Assembly: GCA_963768655.1 (NCBI GenBank)
Contig: CAVYIM010000004.1
Span: 1 to 64,000, forward strand
Length of the DNA: 64,000 bases
DNA from: an uncultured Chloroflexia bacterium
GTDB taxonomy: Bacteria; Chloroflexota; Limnocylindria; Limnocylindrales; CSP1-4
Direction: 5' to 3'
The position numbers and the translations under genes are program-made. This document shows positions 46,747-61,698 of the stretch, one piece after another (position 1 is the first letter of the stretch; each line of letters starts with the position of its first letter). The notes under the pieces are model-generated. The model was not told the origin of the DNA and searched no databases. It was given only the letters and a program-made list of their open reading frames with translations.

Positions 46747-49700
46747 CCACGTTCTGGAGCTGCGCGAGAATCTGGCCGACGATGTTCATCTCCTGCTGAT
46801 ACGTGGCGAGATCGCCGTTGCGCAGGTCTTGCTGGGCCTGCTCGTAGTGCTGGTTGGCCTCGGCGATCAGCTCCTGGGTCGACCCGTTGAGGGTGAAGCT
46901 CGGAGTCGCGGTTGGTGAGCCGCCGGACGTCGGGGCGACGCTGGGAGTCGGCGACGACCCGGGCGACGATCCGGGCGAGGGCGAGCTGCCCGGGGATTGG
47001 CCGTTGCCGCTGACGAGTGCCGTCAGTGCCTCCTCCAGCGTGTCGCCCCAGACGATCTGACTGGGCGTCGCGACGATCACTTTCTGCAGAACCGGCAGCG
47101 GATTGCTGTTGGACGACATGTAGACCGGCTGGACATACAGGATCGAATCCTGCAGCGGCACGACGAGCAGGTTACCCATGATCACGGTGCTGCCCTGTTG
47201 CGACCACAGCGTGACCTGCTGGCTGATGACCGGGTTCTGCAGAATCAGGGCGCTCATCTGCGCCGGTCCGTAGATCGTCGAACTGCTCGGGAAGTCGTAG
47301 ACTGTGACCTGGCCATACGTCGCCGGGTCATTGTGCGCGGCCACCCACGAGATCATGTTGGGACGGCCGTTGGGCACCATCGGCTGCAGCAGCAGGAACT
47401 CGGAGTTCCCCGCGGTCGTCTGGCCCGGGTCCTGCATCTCGACGTAGTACGCCTCGAGCCCAAGTTGCTGAGGGCCGTTGCTGCCGCTCGTGCCGGCGTT
47501 GCGGGCCACCTGCCACACGTTGTTGCCCTGGTAGAAGACGCCCGGGTCGGTGACGTGGTACTTCTGGAACTGACTGGTCTGGGCGTCGAACATGTCTTCG
47601 GGGTAGCGCAGGTGTGCCTGCAGGTCCGACGACATGTCCGAGAGCGGGTGGTAGACGGCCGGGAAGACGCCCTCCCAGGCCTGGATGATCGGGTCGCTCG
47701 GATCTGCAACGTAGAAAGTCAGCGAGCCGTCGTAGGCATTCATGACGACCTTGACGCTGTTACGGATGTAGTTGAACGGGTCGCCCGCCAGGCCGGTGAC
47801 CGTCGAGTCGCTGCCCGGGTCGAAAGTGTTGGCGTCCGGGAAAGCGTCCGTCGTCGTGTAGGCATCGAGGATGTAGTCGAGCTGACCGGTCGAGGTCACG
47901 ACCAGGTACGGATCCTTGTCGTAGCGCAGGTATGGCGCGACTTCCTGGACGCGCTGCTGGATGGACCGATTTATGAGCAGCTGGCTGTTGCCGCTGACCT
48001 GGTTGCTGATGAGCAGGTTGAGGTCGCCGAATCGGAGGGCGAAGAGCAGCTTCGTGAGCGGCGTGTCCAGCTTGATGCCAGTCGTTCCCTGCCAGCTGTA
48101 GTACTGATCGCCCGAGGCGGACGTCGATGGGTAGTCGAATTCCTGCGTGTTGCCGTCGACGATGACGTAGTCGCTCGCCTGCGTGCCGAAGTAGATGCGC
48201 GGCTGAGTGACGACCGGCGCGCCGGGCGACGATACCGGCGGCACGTTCTGGATGACGAGCTCCGGGTTCGCGCTCTGGCCGGTGTTGCTGCGCACGACCT
48301 CGTTGACCGGCAGCATCGCCAGCCCGATGCCGTGGGTATAGATCAGGTGCACGTTGACCCAGCTCGAGTTGCCGTTGTTCAGGTTGGCGACCTGGGTCGG
48401 ATCGAGCTCCCGGCCGGCGAGCATCACCTGGCGCACGCACGGCGCCGGGTTGGGAGCGCAGGCCGCCGCGGACGTGAAGGTGTACCTGTCCGTGTCGACA
48501 TCGCCGAAGCTGTAGTAGTTGCGGAGCAGCTGCATGTTGTCGAGCGTGGGGCCGAGAGGGCGGTAGTCCCACAGGCGCAGGTTCTGGATCGTGGATTGCT
48601 CGTTTGCGAGCGATGCCTCTGTGAGCGTCGTCTGGCCGCTCGGACCCCCGGGTTGATACGCGACGCTGGTCCAGCCGGTGAGGTTGAACCCGAGTCGGGT
48701 CATGTCGATGTTGTTCTGGATGTAGGGCGTCTCCTGCGTCTGCTGGTTCGGAACCACGACGAACTGCTGCGTGATCAGCGGGTAGGCGAAGTCCAGCGCG
48801 ACGTACGCCCCGAGCCACACGACGATGGTCAGAGTCAGTGGCACCCACCAGCGGGTGCAGCAGAAGAGCAGGAAAAGGGTCCCTGCAAAGGCGGCCAGGA
48901 CGGTCATGACGTTGATGGCCAGGACCCTGGCGTTGACGTCGGTGTAGCTGGCCCCCTGGAAGATGCCGCTCTGGCCGCTGTACACGAGCGAGTACCGGTC
49001 GAGCTGGAACCCGACGGCGATCGACACCAGGAACAGCATCACGAGCACGCCGACATGAACGCGGGCCGCGGTCGACATTGAGGCGCCGGAGATCACTGCC
49101 ACCAGATAGCGGGCGCCCACGAGGAAGATCGACAGCAGCAGCAAGGTGTTGGCAAAGGACTGCAGCAGCCGGTAGAACGGCAGCTCGAAGACGTAGAAGC
49201 CGATGTTCAGGCCGAACGTTGGGTCGGTCTGGGCAAACGGCACGCGATGGATGAACAGCTGCACGGTGGTCCAGCTGCCGGCGAGCAGGCCTCCGAGCCC
49301 GAGGGCGATCAGCGCGCTCAGGCCGATCAAGCCCCAGAAGACCGGGCGGGCGACGTCGGGGATCTCCACGTCGCTCTGGCCGGAGCTGGGCCGGCGCGGA
49401 CCACCGAAAGGTCCGCCGCCGTAGCCGCCGGCGTAGCGATCGATGTTGAAGCGGTCGAGGAAGTCGTCGAGAGAGAATCGCCGCATCTGGCCCTTGGGAA
49501 TGACCCGGCCGGGCAGCCAGACGTTGAACCACAGAAAGAGGAATCCGCCGACGGCGCCGAGGGCGAAGAGGCCGAGCTGAGAGCCCACTTCGGTCCAGAA
49601 GACACTCGCATAGCCGATGCTCTGGAACCAGATGGCGTCCGTCCACAGGCCGACGCCCACAGACAAGAAGAGGCTGAGGAGAATCAGGACGGCAACAACG

Positions 49701-50038
49701 GTGATTCCCAGGATCACCCAGCCGCGGCTGATGTGGATCTCGGGCAGATCGCCGCTCGAGCCGACCGATCGAGGCCGGCGCGGACCTCGGTATCCGCCAC
49801 CACGGAAGATCCCCTGATCGTCGTCGCCCCGATCTCCGCCATTGCCGGAATCGGCCCCGTTCGAATTCACCGGTGTGTCCTCCCGTGAGCCCTCGGTCGA
49901 TGACTGGTCGTCTGCCCGGGCATCCGTCCCCCCACCGGGATCGGAATCCCCTTCGGTCCCCGACTCGCCGCTCTTGCGACGCTGCTCGGCCTGGCGGCGG
50001 CGCAGCTCATCGAGAAAGTCGTCGAACATGTCGCGCAT
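46718..50038 (-). CDS. UPF0182 family membrane protein
   Basis: WFQSIGY..VFWT, DPTFG.NIGFYVFELP, NLRLWDYRPL, DVDTDRY, HLIYTHG, NYIRNSVK, HLRYPEDMF, GNLLVVP. Confidence 0.93.
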   Translation of the reverse strand: MRDMFDDFLDELRRRQAEQRRKSGESGTEGDSDPGGGTDARADDQSSTEGSREDTPVNSNGADSGNGGDRGDDDQGIFRGGGYRGPRRPRSVGSSGDLPEIHISRGWVILGITVVAVLILLSLFLSVGVGLWTDAIWFQSIGYASVFWTEVGSQLGLFALGAVGGFLFLWFNVWLPGRVIPKGQMRRFSLDDFLDRFNIDRYAGGYGGGPFGGPRRPSSGQSDVEIPDVARPVFWGLIGLSALIALGLGGLLAGSWTTVQLFIHRVPFAQTDPTFGLNIGFYVFELPFYRLLQSFANTLLLLSIFLVGARYLVAVISGASMSTAARVHVGVLVMLFLVSIAVGFQLDRYSLVYSGQSGIFQGASYTDVNARVLAINVMTVLAAFAGTLFLLFCCTRWWVPLTLTIVVWLGAYVALDFAYPLITQQFVVVPNQQTQETPYIQNNIDMTRLGFNLTGWTSVAYQPGGPSGQTTLTEASLANEQSTIQNLRLWDYRPLGPTLDNMQLLRNYYSFGDVDTDRYTFTSAAACAPNPAPCVRQVMLAGRELDPTQVANLNNGNSSWVNVHLIYTHGIGLAMLPVNEVVRSNTGQSANPELVIQNVPPVSSPGAPVVTQPRIYFGTQASDYVIVDGNTQEFDYPSTSASGDQYYSWQGTTGIKLDTPLTKLLFALRFGDLNLLISNQVSGNSQLLINRSIQQRVQEVAPYLRYDKDPYLVVTSTGQLDYILDAYTTTDAFPDANTFDPGSDSTVTGLAGDPFNYIRNSVKVVMNAYDGSLTFYVADPSDPIIQAWEGVFPAVYHPLSDMSSDLQAHLRYPEDMFDAQTSQFQKYHVTDPGVFYQGNNVWQVARNAGTSGSNGPQQLGLEAYYVEMQDPGQTTAGNSEFLLLQPMVPNGRPNMISWVAAHNDPATYGQVTVYDFPSSSTIYGPAQMSALILQNPVISQQVTLWSQQGSTVIMGNLLVVPLQDSILYVQPVYMSSNSNPLPVLQKVIVATPSQIVWGDTLEEALTALVSGNGQSPGSSPSPGSSPGSSPTPSVAPTSGGSPTATPSFTLNGSTQELIAEANQHYEQAQQDLRNGDLATYQQEMNIVGQILAQLQNVVGTPAPTGN

Positions 50039-50205
50039 TCCGCGAGTGTAGCCCGGATCCACGCCTGAAGCGCCGCGGACAGCCGGTCCGGGGAACGAGA
50101 TGCGGGCAGCGTTCTGGCGGATCCGAGTTGGTCGAGCCGTGATGAGGCGCCCACCGTCAGGTCCGGGCCAGCTATCCGGCGGACAGACGCAGAATGGCCA
50201 CGGTG

Positions 50206-51276
50206 CTACGTGTCGGACGCGGGGCCAGGATCGGCGGGCGTGGGGGCTTCAGGAGCGGGGGCCTCGGGCCTGGGCGTCTCGAGTGAGGCGGTCTCCGGCG
50301 CGGTCTCTGGGGCGGGGACGCGTTCGCCGGCGATCGTCCCGGCGGCGATCTCACGGTCGATGCGCTCCATCTCGGCCCGGACGTCGGCGCTGGGTGGCCG
50401 CAGGGCCAGCGGATCGACCTCCCCGACCGGACTGGCGAAGAGTCGATCGTCGGGATCGCCGAGGACCATTGACAGGAGGCCGGTTCGCTTCTTCTGGCGC
50501 TGGGCCCGCTCCTCGTAGGCCCGCAGTTCCGGCGCGACGTCCGTGACGCCAGGGATTGGGAACATCGACAGTTCGGCACCCGATGTCAGCGCCGCTCCGC
50601 AGCTCGGACATCGATCCGCGGCGGCGGCAATCCCGGCCGAGCACCACGGACACTGGGCATCGGCGGCCTGGCGCGACTTCGCTGCGGCGCGCGCCGACCG
50701 CGCTGTCGAACGTTTGACTGGCGCGGCGGCTCCCGCGACGGACTCGGTGCCAGCCGGGACGGGAGCGCCGGTAGCCGCCGCCGGCGCAGTCGCCGGCGCG
50801 GGCCCTCCCGCCGAGACTACCGGTGTAGGCGCGGGTCCGGCCGCCGTGTCGGATGTCGCAGCGTCGGTCTGGAGCGACGGGCTCTCGTCGCCGATCCCGC
50901 CAGCCTGGTGGGTCCACCACCCGCCCGCCGCGAGCAGCGCCGCTCCGGGCAGAAGGGCGGCCGAATAGGCCCGCCCGAGATCGTCCGGCAGCAGGATCAC
51001 GGCCACGCCTGCCATGACCGCGGCAGCGACGTACAGGCGCCGGCTCGGGTCCCTTGCGAACATCGCCGCTCCCGCCGGGACCGCGGTCAAGACGGCAGTG
51101 CCGACCGTGACCCACAGGATCGTCACCGAAGGTACGCCGTACACGCCGGACGGCGGCAGCGCGCCCTCTACATGGTCGAGGCCCAAGAATTGTGTGGCCA
51201 GCAGCCCGAAGACCGCGCTCAGCAAGATGCAGAGCCATCCGCCGAAGATGGCGAGCACACCGAAGACCCTTGGCAT
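50206..51276 (-). CDS. Membrane protein with C-terminal zinc-ribbon domain
   Basis: About four TM helices, then CPWCSA...CPSCGA...IPGVTDV. Confidence 0.75.
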   Translation of the reverse strand: MPRVFGVLAIFGGWLCILLSAVFGLLATQFLGLDHVEGALPPSGVYGVPSVTILWVTVGTAVLTAVPAGAAMFARDPSRRLYVAAAVMAGVAVILLPDDLGRAYSAALLPGAALLAAGGWWTHQAGGIGDESPSLQTDAATSDTAAGPAPTPVVSAGGPAPATAPAAATGAPVPAGTESVAGAAAPVKRSTARSARAAAKSRQAADAQCPWCSAGIAAAADRCPSCGAALTSGAELSMFPIPGVTDVAPELRAYEERAQRQKKRTGLLSMVLGDPDDRLFASPVGEVDPLALRPPSADVRAEMERIDREIAAGTIAGERVPAPETAPETASLETPRPEAPAPEAPTPADPGPASDT

Positions 51277-51347
51277 CGTGTTCCCCTGTGGCTCCGACCT
51301 GGATACGGTCGGGCGGCCCGAGCCAGGCGCAGCCCGTGACGCGGACT

Positions 51348-51911
51348 CTACGCCGGCTCGTCCGGATACGGATTCGTGGTGGGGGATTCGTTGCCCGCGG
51401 CTGCCGTCGGTGCCCGCCCGGTGGCGTCAAGGCGGGTGGCCATGTCGAGTGCGGCCTGGCTTGGCCGGCCCACGGCATCGGGATCGGGATCGGGTCTGAA
51501 CATGCCCCCGACGGAATCGCCGGCGAGGATCGTCACCGCGGCGACGATCTGGCCCGATGGGCCGGCCGCCTGCCCGACGGCGCTGAGCACGTTCATGCGC
51601 GCCTGGGTAGCAAGCACCGAGCCCACCAGCGAGGGCTGACGCATCCCCGGGTCGACGTCGGTCACGCCGGGGATCACCAGGCTTCCGAGAGACTCCCGCT
51701 GGGCCATGGTCGCGCCGCAGCTGGGACAGCAGCCGGCCCCGGGATCGGCGGGGGCCGAACACCACGGGCACCTGGCGGCATCGCGCCCGCCGCCAGCCGG
51801 TGCCGAGCCATCCGACGCCGGCTCCGGCGTCGCCCGGCGCATCGGCCGATTCCACCAGTCGTCCACTGTCGGACCCTCCTGCAAATGGCCGTTCCTTCCG
51901 TCCATCATCAT
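51348..51911 (-). CDS. Zinc-ribbon protein, paralogous to the C-terminal domain of the downstream gene
   Basis: ATGA overlap with the guaA stop; CPWCSA...CPSCGA...IPGVTDV. Confidence 0.7.
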   Translation of the reverse strand: MMMDGRNGHLQEGPTVDDWWNRPMRRATPEPASDGSAPAGGGRDAARCPWCSAPADPGAGCCPSCGATMAQRESLGSLVIPGVTDVDPGMRQPSLVGSVLATQARMNVLSAVGQAAGPSGQIVAAVTILAGDSVGGMFRPDPDPDAVGRPSQAALDMATRLDATGRAPTAAAGNESPTTNPYPDEPA

Positions 51912-53509
51912 TCCCACTCGATGGTGGCCGGCGGCTTGGAGCTGATGTCGTAAACCACCCTGTTCACGCCAGGAACCTCGTTCACTATCCGGGAACTGAT
52001 CCTGGCCAGGACCTCGTAGGGGAGCTTGGCCCAGTCGGCCGTCATGGCGTCTTCCGAAGTGACGGCTCGGATTGCCACGAGATTCGCGTAGGTTCGGCCA
52101 TCGCCCATAACACCGACGGATCGCACCGGAGTGAGGATGGCGAACGACTGCCAGACGCTCCGGTACAGGCCCGCGGCCTTGATCTCGTCTATGACGATCC
52201 AATCTGCCTCGCGCAACGTGTCGAGACGCTCGGCCGTAACCTCGCCGATGATCCGTATCGCCAGGCCCGGTCCGGGGAACGGCTGGCGCCCGACCATCGA
52301 ATCGGGCAAGCCGAGCTCCGTCCCGACGGCTCTGACTTCGTCCTTGAAGAGATAGCGGAGCGGCTCGATCAGCTGAAACTTGAGATCCTCCGGCAGGCCG
52401 CCGACGTTGTGGTGGGTCTTGATCTTCGCGGCCGCTTTCTCCGTGACGGAAGTGGCGGACTCGATGACGTCGGGATAGAGCGTGCCCTGCGTGAGAAAGT
52501 CGATCTGGCCGAGCTTTGCCGCCTCGTCCTCGAAGACGCGAATGAACTCGTTGCCGATGATGTGGCGCTTCCGCTCCGGGTCGGTCACGCCCTCCAGCTT
52601 GCGCAGGAAGCGCTCGCGGGCATTGACGACGATGACGCGCACGCCCAGCTGCTCGAAGGCCGTGCGCAGCAGCTCGGTTTCGTTCTTGCGCATCATCCCG
52701 TGGTCGACGTGAACGCAGATCAGGCGATCCCCGACGGCGCGGTGGACGAGGGTCGCGGCCACGGCCGAATCCACTCCGCCGGAGAGCGCGCATAGCACCC
52801 TGCCGTCCGTGCCGGTCGCGCGGCTGTGCTCGTCGACGCGGCGGCGGATCCCCTCGACGCTGGATGCGATGAAGTTGGCGGGGGTCCAGTTCTGGCGGGC
52901 GCCGGCGATCTCGACGACGAAGTTGCGCAGGATTTCACGGCCGTGTGGGGTGTGAACGACTTCGGGGTGGAACTGGATCCCGTACAGGCGCCGCTCCGGA
53001 TCGGCAACTGCGGCAAATGGCGTGGAACTCGTGCTGGCCGTCGGCTGGAAGCCGGCCGGCAGCCGGCCGATCGAATCGCCGTGGCTCATCCAGACCGACT
53101 GCTCGGGCTCCAGCCCGGCGAAGAGCCGATCGCCGCCGGTCACCGAGACGACCGCCGGCCCGAACTCCTTGCGTCTGAAGGAGACGACCTCGCCGCCGAG
53201 TGCCTGGGCCATCAGGTGGAGGCCGTAGCAGATGCCGAGGATCGGTACGCCGCCTGTCCAGAGCGCCGGGTCGGGATGGGGCGAGCCCTCTTCGTAGACG
53301 CTGGCCGGTCCGCCGGAGAGGATCACCGCCGCCGGCTTGCGGGCCGCGATCTCACTCCACGGCGTGTCGAAGGGCAGCAGCTCCGAGTAGACATTGAGCT
53401 CGCGGACCCGGCGGGCGATGAGCTGGCTGTACTGGCTGCCGCAGTCGAGGACCACGACCGAGTCCACGCTGGCCGCGACCGATGGAACTGCCACTCGTCC
53501 TTCGCTCAA
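51908..53509 (-). CDS. guaA: GMP synthase (glutamine-hydrolysing)
   Basis: [55 protein letters not shown]. Confidence 0.98.
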   Translation of the reverse strand: MSEGRVAVPSVAASVDSVVVLDCGSQYSQLIARRVRELNVYSELLPFDTPWSEIAARKPAAVILSGGPASVYEEGSPHPDPALWTGGVPILGICYGLHLMAQALGGEVVSFRRKEFGPAVVSVTGGDRLFAGLEPEQSVWMSHGDSIGRLPAGFQPTASTSSTPFAAVADPERRLYGIQFHPEVVHTPHGREILRNFVVEIAGARQNWTPANFIASSVEGIRRRVDEHSRATGTDGRVLCALSGGVDSAVAATLVHRAVGDRLICVHVDHGMMRKNETELLRTAFEQLGVRVIVVNARERFLRKLEGVTDPERKRHIIGNEFIRVFEDEAAKLGQIDFLTQGTLYPDVIESATSVTEKAAAKIKTHHNVGGLPEDLKFQLIEPLRYLFKDEVRAVGTELGLPDSMVGRQPFPGPGLAIRIIGEVTAERLDTLREADWIVIDEIKAAGLYRSVWQSFAILTPVRSVGVMGDGRTYANLVAIRAVTSEDAMTADWAKLPYEVLARISSRIVNEVPGVNRVVYDISSKPPATIEWE

Positions 53510-53666
53510 TCCCGACCTCCGCTGCGGACCGCATCGATTCTAGCGGGGCAAGCTTGCGGCCGAACGATCGGTCGACCAAAACGACGGCCGATCGCTGTCG
53601 CGCGGCGCGGTCGCAAGCCGGCCGCAAACGGCGGAAGTGACGCCGGGAGGCCGGTGTGTGCGGAGG

Positions 53667-54194
53667 CTAAGCCCGCTCTGTCGGGAACCCCTGCTTCTTC
53701 CAGTCCTGCAGGCCGCCGTGCAGCTCCTTGACCTTGAAGCCGAGTGCCTCGAGGCGCTGGGCCGTCTTCGTCGACGCGTGGCAGCTGGCGTTCCAGCAGT
53801 AGACGATGTACAGCGCGTCGCGCGAAAGGTGCGCCGTCGCGGCCTCGTTGATGTCGCGGTAGGGCAGGTTGATCGCGCCGGGCAGGTGCTCCAGGGCGTA
53901 GGTTTCGGCGTAGCGAGCGTCGACGACCACGAGATTGGGCGTGCCCGCGACGATGTCGGCATAGAGATCCGCCGGGTGTCGGTCGTACACGAAGCTTCCG
54001 ATCCAGTGGATGCGGGCCGTGGGCGCAGCGGGGATGGTGACGTTCGCGGTGGGAACGGCAGTCGCGGCCGGAACCAGGTGCAGGACTGGAGCCGCATGGG
54101 GCTCCGACGCCCCGCGCACGCCGACTTCATCAGCCTCCATCGGTTCGCGATCGAAAGGCGTTTGGGCCGTTTCGAAGACCGGCGCGGGCGGCAT
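53667..54194 (-). CDS. Rhodanese-like domain protein (start uncertain)
   Basis: VVVDAR...HLPGAINLP, active-site loop YCWNASC, ELHGGLQDW. Confidence 0.82.
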   Translation of the reverse strand: MPPAPVFETAQTPFDREPMEADEVGVRGASEPHAAPVLHLVPAATAVPTANVTIPAAPTARIHWIGSFVYDRHPADLYADIVAGTPNLVVVDARYAETYALEHLPGAINLPYRDINEAATAHLSRDALYIVYCWNASCHASTKTAQRLEALGFKVKELHGGLQDWKKQGFPTERA

Positions 54195-54518
54195 GGGCGG
54201 GACACTCCGTTCGGGTAGCGGCGTTGTGGCGGAATAGTAGCGAACGACGTCAAATTCCGGAACCCGATTCCGGGCGCGCGGAGCCCATCTTCGGTTGCGG
54301 TTTGGTTGCGAAGAACGCCGGGGATGTGGAAAGCCGCGATCCGGTCCGCCTGCTGGCGGCGGGCGCCCCTTCGTTCCGGCGCCGAGCTCGACGGCCGGGC
54401 CGGCGCCGCACTCGGCGAAGCTGGGGACGCCTTGCAGAGTCCCGCCGCGGGCGCCCGCGCCGCGGCCGCCGGCGATCGCTTGCGCCGCGGCCACCGGCGA
54501 TCGTCCGCCCTCTCTCGC

Positions 54519-58169
<3,651 letters not shown>

Positions 58170-58445
58170 CGGGCGGAGCAGGAGCAGGCGCTCTTCGCGC
58201 GTCCTGACGTGGTGGGCCGGCGTTCCGGGCCCGGCGTCATCCCGGGCTGGATCGGTTGCTCGTCCGGCGGTCCTGGACGCGATCGATGGGACGTTGGTCT
58301 CGGTGGGCCTGCCTCCTTCTGGCCGCAGTTTACCTGTCGGGGGCCCGGCGCGCGATCGTCGGCCCTCACGGTCGCGCGACGGGCGGCCGAACAAATGCGC
58401 CGCGAGTTCGCGTCCCCCTTCCACGCGCTCGGTCAACGTGCGAGC

Positions 58446-59564
58446 ATGGTCGGCATGAGCGAAGGCGGCTCGTCGAGCGCTTCGAGCGCATCCAGCCAAC
58501 CGGCTGTGCCGGCCGGCACCGAACCTGCGCGTCGGGTCGACTGCGCCATCATCGGGGGCGGGCCCGCCGGGCTCTCCGCCGCGGTCTGTCTCGCTCGCAT
58601 GCGACGTGACGTCCTGGTCATCGACGACCGCGACGGGCGTTCGCTGTGGGGCCAGATCAACCGCAACTACCTTGGTTTCCCCAACGGGATCCCCGCCGCC
58701 GAGATCCGGCTGGCCGGCCGGCGTCAGGCGGCCCGCTACGGGGCGAGGTTCCTGGGAGGCCGCGTGGCTGCCGCCTGGCGCGACGATGGCTTTTTCCGTC
58801 TCCGGGTCGAGGCGAGTGGCGGTGTCAGCCACCGCGACACGGCCGGCCGCGTCGCCAATGTCAAGCGCGACGAGGAGCTTGGGAATTCGCTCGGCGAAGA
58901 GACGGTCATCGGCCCCGAGGACATCGTGGCCCGGACGGTGATCGTGGCGACAGGCGTGCGCGACAACTTCCCGCGGTTCCTCGGCTGGGCCCAGTGCGTG
59001 GGCAAGAGCCTCTTCTGGTGCATCGCCTGCGACGGCTACGAGTCGATGGACAAAGCAGTGACGGTCGTCGGGCACGACGAAGATGCGGTCGAGACGGCGC
59101 TCGACCTGCTCGACTTCACTGCCAGAGTGACGATCGTGGCCGGCCGGCCCGAGGGTTTCGACGTCCCGGAGCGGCGCCTGGCCGATCTTCGCGACAACGG
59201 CATCGCTGCCTACCCCTACGCGGTCGCCGACTATGCGAACGCGGACGGCCAGATCGAGGAGCTCGTGCTCGACGATCCGGATCAGACCAGGCTGCGGGTC
59301 GAAACCGTCTTCGCCTACCGCCGGCCGACGCCGCGCAATGAAGTCGCCGTGGCCCTCGGCGTGGAGACCAACGAGCTCGGTCACATCGTCGTGAACGCGG
59401 AGCAGCACACCAACGTGCCCGGCTTGTATGCCGCCGGAGACGTGACCAGCCCGCACGACCACCAGGTCAGCGCGGCCGTCCACGAGGGCAATCAGGCGGC
59501 GTGCGCCGCCAACTACTTTCTCTACCGGCCCGTGCAGAAGGCTCCCGACAAAGAGGAGTGCTGA
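58446..59564 (+). CDS. NAD(P)/FAD-dependent oxidoreductase, thioredoxin reductase-like
   Basis: [22 protein letters not shown], redox CxxC (CIACDG), [11 protein letters not shown]. Confidence 0.88.
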   Translation: MVGMSEGGSSSASSASSQPAVPAGTEPARRVDCAIIGGGPAGLSAAVCLARMRRDVLVIDDRDGRSLWGQINRNYLGFPNGIPAAEIRLAGRRQAARYGARFLGGRVAAAWRDDGFFRLRVEASGGVSHRDTAGRVANVKRDEELGNSLGEETVIGPEDIVARTVIVATGVRDNFPRFLGWAQCVGKSLFWCIACDGYESMDKAVTVVGHDEDAVETALDLLDFTARVTIVAGRPEGFDVPERRLADLRDNGIAAYPYAVADYANADGQIEELVLDDPDQTRLRVETVFAYRRPTPRNEVAVALGVETNELGHIVVNAEQHTNVPGLYAAGDVTSPHDHQVSAAVHEGNQAACAANYFLYRPVQKAPDKEEC

Positions 59565-59586
59565 GCCGACGGCTGGCCGCCGGGCG

Positions 59587-60348
59587 CTACTTCGATCGCC
59601 TGGCGCGGAGAAAGACCGAAGGCCCGGGCGTGATCGGTCCAAGTGGCGCCTGAAGCCGGCCTTCGGCTGCCACGAGGAGCGCAACCGGCAGCCGGCGGGT
59701 CAACGCAGGCAGGCGGAAAAGCGAGACGGCCCGCACCGACTCAATTCGTAGGCCGGCCCGGCGAAGGGCGCGTCGGACGCCGACCGGCGCATGGTCGAAA
59801 TGGAGTGGCCTGTACTCGACCGAACCGAGTTCGAACGGCGACCAGCTCTGGCGGCCCAGGACGCGCCGCGCGATGGACTTGAGGTTGCGCTTGTTGGCGT
59901 ATTCGATGACGACGACCCCGCCGGGCCGCGTGACCCGGCCGAGCTCGGCCAGCACCGGGCCGGGATCGGCGAAGTGGTGGAGCACCCGAACGCAGACCGC
60001 GGTGTCGAAGAGGCCGTCCGGGTAGGGCAGGGCCAGGGCGTCGCCGAGGACGACTTCGAATCGCGCGTCGCCCGCCAGGGCATCTCGCGCGGCCGCGACG
60101 TGGACGTCAGATGAATCGAGCAGCACGACCTCGCCATAGCCCCCGTACTCGTTCGCGAGCCGGCCGAATCCAGCGCCGACTTCGATCAGGCGCCCGCCGG
60201 TCGGAGGGAGCAGCGCCCGGATGGCGATCCGGTCACAGGCGTCCTCGTACCGGCGGGCGGCCCAGAAGACGTCGCGATAGCCGAGGTCCTCGTAGGTCGC
60301 GAGGGGGCGTTCCGGCAAAGGCGGCTCGATGCCGCGCGGCTCGGTCAG
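59587..60348 (-). CDS. Class I SAM-dependent methyltransferase (start uncertain: CTG 60348 or TTG 60318)
   Basis: [37 protein letters not shown]. Confidence 0.82.
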   Translation of the reverse strand: MTEPRGIEPPLPERPLATYEDLGYRDVFWAARRYEDACDRIAIRALLPPTGGRLIEVGAGFGRLANEYGGYGEVVLLDSSDVHVAAARDALAGDARFEVVLGDALALPYPDGLFDTAVCVRVLHHFADPGPVLAELGRVTRPGGVVVIEYANKRNLKSIARRVLGRQSWSPFELGSVEYRPLHFDHAPVGVRRALRRAGLRIESVRAVSLFRLPALTRRLPVALLVAAEGRLQAPLGPITPGPSVFLRARRSK

Positions 60349-60521
60349 GAGGGGCTTGCGGCGCCGACGGCACGCCTGTGGATGGCGAAGTCGTCCGCGT
60401 TGCCCGACCAACCGCAATCGCACCGGACGACGTTCGTTCGGGCGTTGTAGTCCTCGATCAGGTGGGACTTCACCGGCCGAAGCGGGGTCGGAGCGACCGC
60501 CGTGCGGACAGGCCGAGCCAT
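60345..60521 (-). CDS. Small putative zinc-binding protein (58 aa)
   Basis: Strong GGAGGAGG RBS before ATG 60521; H...CDCGW...H motif. Confidence 0.6.
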   Translation of the reverse strand: MARPVRTAVAPTPLRPVKSHLIEDYNARTNVVRCDCGWSGNADDFAIHRRAVGAASPS

Positions 60522-61143
60522 CGTGCCTCCTCCATCTCCCGAACCATCGACGTAGCCAACTCGCTGGTCGCGCGCCGCGACCAGCGGCAGACGGATCCGT
60601 GGGCGCTCGGATACGGCAACGCCGTTTGGGAGCGCCTCTAATTCTACCAGAGGTAAGCCCCAAGCCCCGTTGAGTATCCCCACACGCCCACTACTCCTTG
60701 TCGCCTCCGTCGTCATCGCCCGGTACGGGTCTTGCCTGCCGAAACGGGCAGGAATCGGCGGATCGGGCAGGACGGCGCGAACCGGGCGTCTCCACCTGCT
60801 GCGACTGGCCACGGCACGGCGATCCAGACGGTCGAAGTGTCGGCTGGTGGCTCGCCAGACGAGTCGGCGCACGCTGATTGATGCCACTCGTCCCGGTAGG
60901 TGGGCCGGACCGGGCCCCGCCTTTGCCAGACGCAGATCGAAGTCATTCTGTATTCAGGTGGTTCGGGTTTTCGAGACAGTTGGCGTGGCCGCAGGAAACA
61001 TCTGGTCACGCCCGGGCCCGGGGTGTAGGCTGCGCTCGTTCTCATCGGCCTCGGGACCCGTCATTTGAGGCCGACAGGAGCGAGGTAGCCGGAGGCCCCG
61101 CATGGGGCGCGTGCCGGTGCAGTTGGAGAAGGAGGCTCAACTC

Positions 61144-61626
61144 GTGCTACAGCAAATCTGGGCGAAGATCTCGGCTCGGGAGCGGTTCGTCGTCTATGGC
61201 GCGGTGGCTGTCATCGTTGGCTGGGTGGTCGGCCAGTTCATCGCAACCTACAATCCGTGCGCGGGCCTGAACCTCGGCGCCTACAGCAACCTCTGCTCGG
61301 CCGCTTCCTTCAGCTACTTCAGTGCCGGCAACGCCGGTCTCTTCGCGATCCTCGGCCTCATCGCCGGGATTGCCGCGGCCGTGATCGTCTACCTCAAGGT
61401 CGCGCCCAACATGAATATCACCTGGCCGATGCCCGTTGGGCAGGTACTTCTCGGTGTTTCCGTCGCGACGCTCGTGCTGGGCGTGCTCGTTGTGCTGATG
61501 CAGATCTCGTACGGCCTCAGCAACGCACCGGTAACGATGTGGGTCGCCGACGTGATCTTCGTAGGCGGCGGCGCGCTCCAGGCTTGGGGTGCGTATCAGG
61601 AGTGGCTCACGACCAAGGCCGCGTAG
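61144..61626 (+). CDS. Four-TM membrane hypothetical protein
   Basis: AAGGAGG RBS then GTG at 61144; four hydrophobic helices; followed by a terminator. Confidence 0.75.
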   Translation: MLQQIWAKISARERFVVYGAVAVIVGWVVGQFIATYNPCAGLNLGAYSNLCSAASFSYFSAGNAGLFAILGLIAGIAAAVIVYLKVAPNMNITWPMPVGQVLLGVSVATLVLGVLVVLMQISYGLSNAPVTMWVADVIFVGGGALQAWGAYQEWLTTKAA

Positions 61627-61649
61627 TCCCGCGGTACCTCGCCGAATCG

Positions 61650-61689
61650 AAGCGGCGGTCGCCGGAAGGCGACCGCCGCTTTCTCTTTT
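61650..61689 (+). terminator. Intrinsic terminator between convergent genes
   Basis: AAGCGGCGGTCGCC-GGAA-GGCGACCGCCGCTT hairpin followed by a T-rich tract. Confidence 0.88.
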
Positions 61690-61698
61690 GCGAGAGGT

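Noticed and set aside
58200-58440. SAM, SAH or cobalamin riboswitch upstream of metH
   Set aside because: A GCAACC is present but I could not build the remaining conserved core of any of these classes.
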